Shown: positions 60,601 to 64,000 of the stretch, one piece after another
Layout of the letters: every line of letters starts with the position of its first letter
Position numbering within the stretch: the first letter of the stretch is position 1
Assembly (NCBI GenBank): GCA_965204785.1
Contig: OZ242015.1
Location: 3,244,115-3,308,114 of the forward strand
Reading direction: 5' to 3'
Source of the DNA: Alphaproteobacteria bacterium
GTDB lineage: Bacteria > Pseudomonadota > Alphaproteobacteria > SP197
DNA: 64,000 bases
Translations under genes and position numbers: made by a program
Notes under the pieces: generated by a model
The model's database searches: none
What the model was told of the DNA's origin: nothing
The model's input: the letters and a program-made list of their open reading frames with translations, nothing else

Positions 60601-61884
60601 ATGATCGCAGAGAAGACCCAGCATCGCCCGGCTGCCGGGAAAGGGCGTGCATTCGCAGAGGCCCTGGGCACGGCGGCCTTCGGCGCGGCAGTTCCCCTGC
60701 TGCTCGTGGGACGCGCCGCGCTTGCGGTAGCCGCCATCATCGCGCTTGCGGGCATGCTGACCAGCATTACCGGCCGCACGCTCGCCCGCGATGTGGCCGA
60801 AGCCCTGCGCACCCCACTGGGCACGGTGGTCGCCTTCACCTTTGCCCTGTGGCTGGTCTCCGTGGCCGTTTCGCCCGACAGCGCGCGATCCGCCCTGATC
60901 TGGCTGCGCATGGCCTTCATCCTGATCGCCGCCACCGCCTTTGCCGTCACGCTGCGTCGGCGCGAAAACCTGCGCGAACGCACCTTGCGCGCGCTGCTGG
61001 CGGCCTCGATGACCGGCGTGGTCTTGGGGCTCATCGTAATCGCATTGATTCCCGAGACTTTCGCTTGGATGCGCGGCCATGCCGATGACGCCATCGCGAC
61101 CGAAATCCTCAAATCCTACGGCACGGCGGTGGCGTGTCTGATGCCCGTCGTGCTTTGGGCGGGATGGCGGGCCGGCGGTTTCTGGCGTCCCTTCGGCCTG
61201 GTGTTCCAGATCCTGGCCATCGCCCTACTCTTTTCCCTGAAAAGCCGGTCGGGGCTGGTTGCCGCCGGGTTCGGCCTGGGCGTGGTCGGGTCATGGCTGG
61301 CCCTGCGCCATCTGGGCCGTTGGGGCGTGGTCGCGGTTGTTGCCGTCGCGGCCGCCCTGCTCATCGCCGTCTTCCTCAACAACGAACGCAACAACACGAT
61401 TGAGCCCTCCCTGGGCTTGCCCATCTGGCTCCTGAATGCCCATCGTCAGGTGATCTGGGCCTTCGCCCTTTCGAAGTTCGACCTTGCGCCCTGGTTCGGT
61501 GCAGGCTTCGACATGATCAGCCGCCTGCCGGGCGCGACGGAAATCGTCAAGGGTTCGGTCGCGCTCGAGGTCATGCCGTCGCACCCGCACAACTTCGCCA
61601 TCGAAGTCCTGGTTGAAACTGGCGCGGTCGGATTTACCACGTTCGCCGCCGCGCTGCTGTTGCTGCTCGCCGGGGGATGGCGTGCCATGCGCGCCTGCGG
61701 CGGTGCCGGCGCGGCTCTGCTGGGGCTTTCGGCGGCGTTCTGGGTCGCCTCCTTGGTCAGCTACTCGTTCTGGTCATTTTGGTGGCAGGGGACTTATGTT
61801 CTCCTCATGGCGCTCGTCGTCGCCGCACTGAAGCCAGGCCATGTCTCGGACGGGCTGGGTATGAAGAGGACAGGGACACCATGA
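60601..61884 (+). CDS. O-antigen ligase/polymerase family protein
   Basis: Many TM segments, SRSG, HRQVIW, PWFGAG, HPHN..IEVLVETG; start may be GTG 60589. Confidence 0.88.
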   Translation: MIAEKTQHRPAAGKGRAFAEALGTAAFGAAVPLLLVGRAALAVAAIIALAGMLTSITGRTLARDVAEALRTPLGTVVAFTFALWLVSVAVSPDSARSALIWLRMAFILIAATAFAVTLRRRENLRERTLRALLAASMTGVVLGLIVIALIPETFAWMRGHADDAIATEILKSYGTAVACLMPVVLWAGWRAGGFWRPFGLVFQILAIALLFSLKSRSGLVAAGFGLGVVGSWLALRHLGRWGVVAVVAVAAALLIAVFLNNERNNTIEPSLGLPIWLLNAHRQVIWAFALSKFDLAPWFGAGFDMISRLPGATEIVKGSVALEVMPSHPHNFAIEVLVETGAVGFTTFAAALLLLLAGGWRAMRACGGAGAALLGLSAAFWVASLVSYSFWSFWWQGTYVLLMALVVAALKPGHVSDGLGMKRTGTP

Positions 61885-62912
61885 GCCAGAAGCGCAAGGA
61901 GCCGCTCATCGCCGGCCGTGAGGTTCTGACCGAAGGCGCGGCATGCCTTGAACGCGCGGCCGGGAGCCTGGGCGAGGATTTCCTGGCCGCCGCCCGGCAC
62001 CTCGCCGATCCCGAAAGCCGCACCGTCGTGCTGGGCGTCGGCAAGTCCGGCCATATCGGCAACAAGGTCGTGGCCAGCCTAGTTTCGACCGGTCACCGCG
62101 CCGTCTTCATCCACCCCCAAGAAGCGCTCCACGGCGATCTCGCCCAGGCGCGCGACGCCACGCTCGCCATCCTGCTCTCGCATTCGGGCAGCACGGACGA
62201 GTTGCGCGTGCTGGCACCCAGCCTGCGCGATCTCGGCGCGAAGATCGTCACCATCACCGCTTGGCTCGACTGCCCGCTGGTTGACGTGAGCGACTGGATC
62301 GTCGAAACCCGCGTCGAGGCCGAGGCGGGGCTGCATCGCCTGGCGCCCACGTCCTCCTCCACGACCACGTTGTCGCTGTGTGATGCCCTGATGATCGCGA
62401 GTCTCAATATCCGTGGCTTCACGCCGGAAGAATTCCGCCAGTTCCATCCAGGCGGGCTGCTGGGGCGCAAACTCAAGAAGGTGGCCGAGGTCATGACTCC
62501 GGCCGAGCGGCTGCCCTGGCTCAGGCCCGAGGACAGCATCTGGCAGGTGCTGGAAACCATCACCGCCGGCGCGCGCGGTTTTGCCTTGGTCAGCAGAAGC
62601 GCACCCCGGGGCGGGGCGGGGCTCGACGGCGTCGGCGTCATCTCCGAAGGCGACATCCGCCGTGCCCTCGCCGATCGGGAAACTTTCGCCGAGAAGACCG
62701 CGGGCGAGATGATGACCGCGTGTCCCACCACCATCGCCGCCGGGGCACTCATGCTCAATGCCCTGCGGCTGATGGAGACCAACCGCTTCACCTTCCTTTT
62801 GTGCACCGACGGCAACGGCAACCTAGCCGGCGGCGTCCACATGCACGAGATTCTGGCGAGCGACCTCGACATCGCCGTGCGCTCCGACCGGCTACCCAAG
62901 GGCCCGCGATGA
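61881..62912 (+). CDS. KpsF/GutQ arabinose-5-phosphate isomerase (SIS + CBS)
   Basis: GVGKSGHIG, EALHGDL, SHSG, APTSS, FHPGG.LG, CBS pair. Confidence 0.93.
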   Translation: MSQKRKEPLIAGREVLTEGAACLERAAGSLGEDFLAAARHLADPESRTVVLGVGKSGHIGNKVVASLVSTGHRAVFIHPQEALHGDLAQARDATLAILLSHSGSTDELRVLAPSLRDLGAKIVTITAWLDCPLVDVSDWIVETRVEAEAGLHRLAPTSSSTTTLSLCDALMIASLNIRGFTPEEFRQFHPGGLLGRKLKKVAEVMTPAERLPWLRPEDSIWQVLETITAGARGFALVSRSAPRGGAGLDGVGVISEGDIRRALADRETFAEKTAGEMMTACPTTIAAGALMLNALRLMETNRFTFLLCTDGNGNLAGGVHMHEILASDLDIAVRSDRLPKGPR

Positions 62913-63400
62913 AACGCTGGTATGTCGTGCAGACCTGACCCCATGCGGAAACCCGGGCGGTCCAGCATCTGGAAAACCAGAGTTTTGAGATCTGGCTGCC
63001 GGAATTCCTCAAGCGGCGGCGTCATGCGCGGCGCACTGGAACCGTCAAACGCCGGCTCTTTCCCCGCTATCTCTTCGTGCACCTCGATCTCGATGCTGAA
63101 CAATGGCACAGTGTTCTGGGCACGGCGGGTGTCATTGCCATGGTGGGCGGCGACCCGCCAAGCCCCGTGGCCGACGCCGTCGTCAAAGCGCTGCGGCGAG
63201 GACGGTCTGATCATGATCGATCCGGCACTTGGCCTCAAGGGAGGCCAGGCGGTGCGCATCACCGAAGGTCCGCTTACCGATCTGGAGGGCGTCTTCCTCG
63301 ATATCGACGATCAGGCGCGCGTCGCCATCCTGCTCTCGCTGATGGGCCGCACGGTCCGTATCCAGGCCGACGCGGGCAGCGTCGAGGCGCTGTGGATGCG
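62909..63400 (+). pseudogene. RfaH/NusG-paralog antiterminator
   Basis: MKRWYVVQT*PHAE, LFPRYLFV, frameshift near 63195, KOW VRITEGPL..LEGVF, ILLSLMGR. Confidence 0.88.
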
Positions 63401-63589
63401 GCGGGCTGCGGAAAAGGGCAGGTCAACACAGAGCAGGCCTACGCTGCCTGCCGGATCGCATTCACCGACTCAGAGCCTGCACCAACACGATCTCCGGTTT
63501 TCGAGTTTGTGAAGGGATCGCGATTCGTTTGATTTGTGCTGCAAGGCAGTGAGACCAGTCGTTGCTCTCAGGGCGCCCGGTCGTTTGAT

Positions 63590-64000
63590 CTTGTTTCAGG
63601 TGTTTTGCGCAGCGGCCCTGATGCGTTGCCAGGATGTCGTTGGCCGGGGTGCGTGCCACAGGGACGATGACGTGTGCCTTGAGCCTTCCACGCACGTCGA
63701 TGCGCTCGAGGGCCCGGTTCCTGCAGTGGGCGTGGATGAGTTCGGCGCATGTGCGTCTTCGGGCGATGTCCCGGGCCTTCCGGGTTTCCATTCCGGCGCG
63801 CCGGCTTTCGATCGCTTCGGGTTCTTTCCTGCGTCTGTAACGCAGGCTGGCGCGCGATGCCGGGGAGAGATCGTTCTCGCCGGCCTCATCGGGCGTGGGC
63901 ATGTAGACCGTGACCGGCCCGGCTTGCGTTCTGGCCGGGGCGACGATGGCGTCACGGCTGTCACAACCCTGATCGACACACCCTCGCGCGCACCGATCGA
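63590..64000 (-). mobile_element. Degenerate transposase C-terminus, IS1182-like
   Basis: EPEAI..RRAGMET..ARDIARRR..ELIHAH.RNR.L....VRGRLKA resembles the IS1182/IS4 C-terminal signature; runs off the window. Confidence 0.55.

Noticed and set aside
62936-62938. In-frame TGA in the rfaH-like gene as selenocysteine or recoding
   Set aside because: Not a Cys position, and the gene has a further frameshift; simplest reading is a nonsense mutation
1-64000. Apparently frequent CTAG/CTA codons as a sign of lost very-short-patch repair
   Set aside because: Cannot be quantified by eye; needs observed/expected counts against relatives
1-64000. tRNA or rRNA genes
   Set aside because: No cloverleaf/T-loop or rRNA-like sequence recognised

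Overview
GC-rich alphaproteobacterial (Rhodospirillales-like) chromosomal window that appears to be in active genome erosion. About half of the recognisable genes are pseudogenes (frameshifts, in-frame stops, eroded catalytic motifs, internal deletions, unrelated genes joined at deletion junctions), while multi-kb neighbours stay intact. Intact content: a Mo-hydroxylase large subunit; an amine/betaine-type catabolic cluster (fused hydantoinase A+B, DHDPS-like, class III aminotransferase, MetR-like LysR, mmsB-like, sulfatase, GcvT-family oxidoreductase, Cys-less racemase, non-Pyl MttB); comM; a GFA-like protein; EmrAB; a CoA-transferase; GST; a sterol-desaturase-family protein; xth; an RND pump; a DUF1127 small protein; purC; lolA; a split hydantoinase A/B pair; and part of a surface-polysaccharide locus. 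Most notable: (1) an orphan YifN/PemK-type RNase pseudogene followed immediately by a sigma70-like promoter and a ~95-nt structured non-coding stretch, a candidate RNA-antitoxin module; (2) a mosaic repeat system, including two ~350-bp inverted copies that bracket a glutamine amidotransferase gene; (3) two different IS1595 transposases, each translationally coupled to a restriction-modification passenger gene. All calls come from motif recognition by eye; no searches were run.
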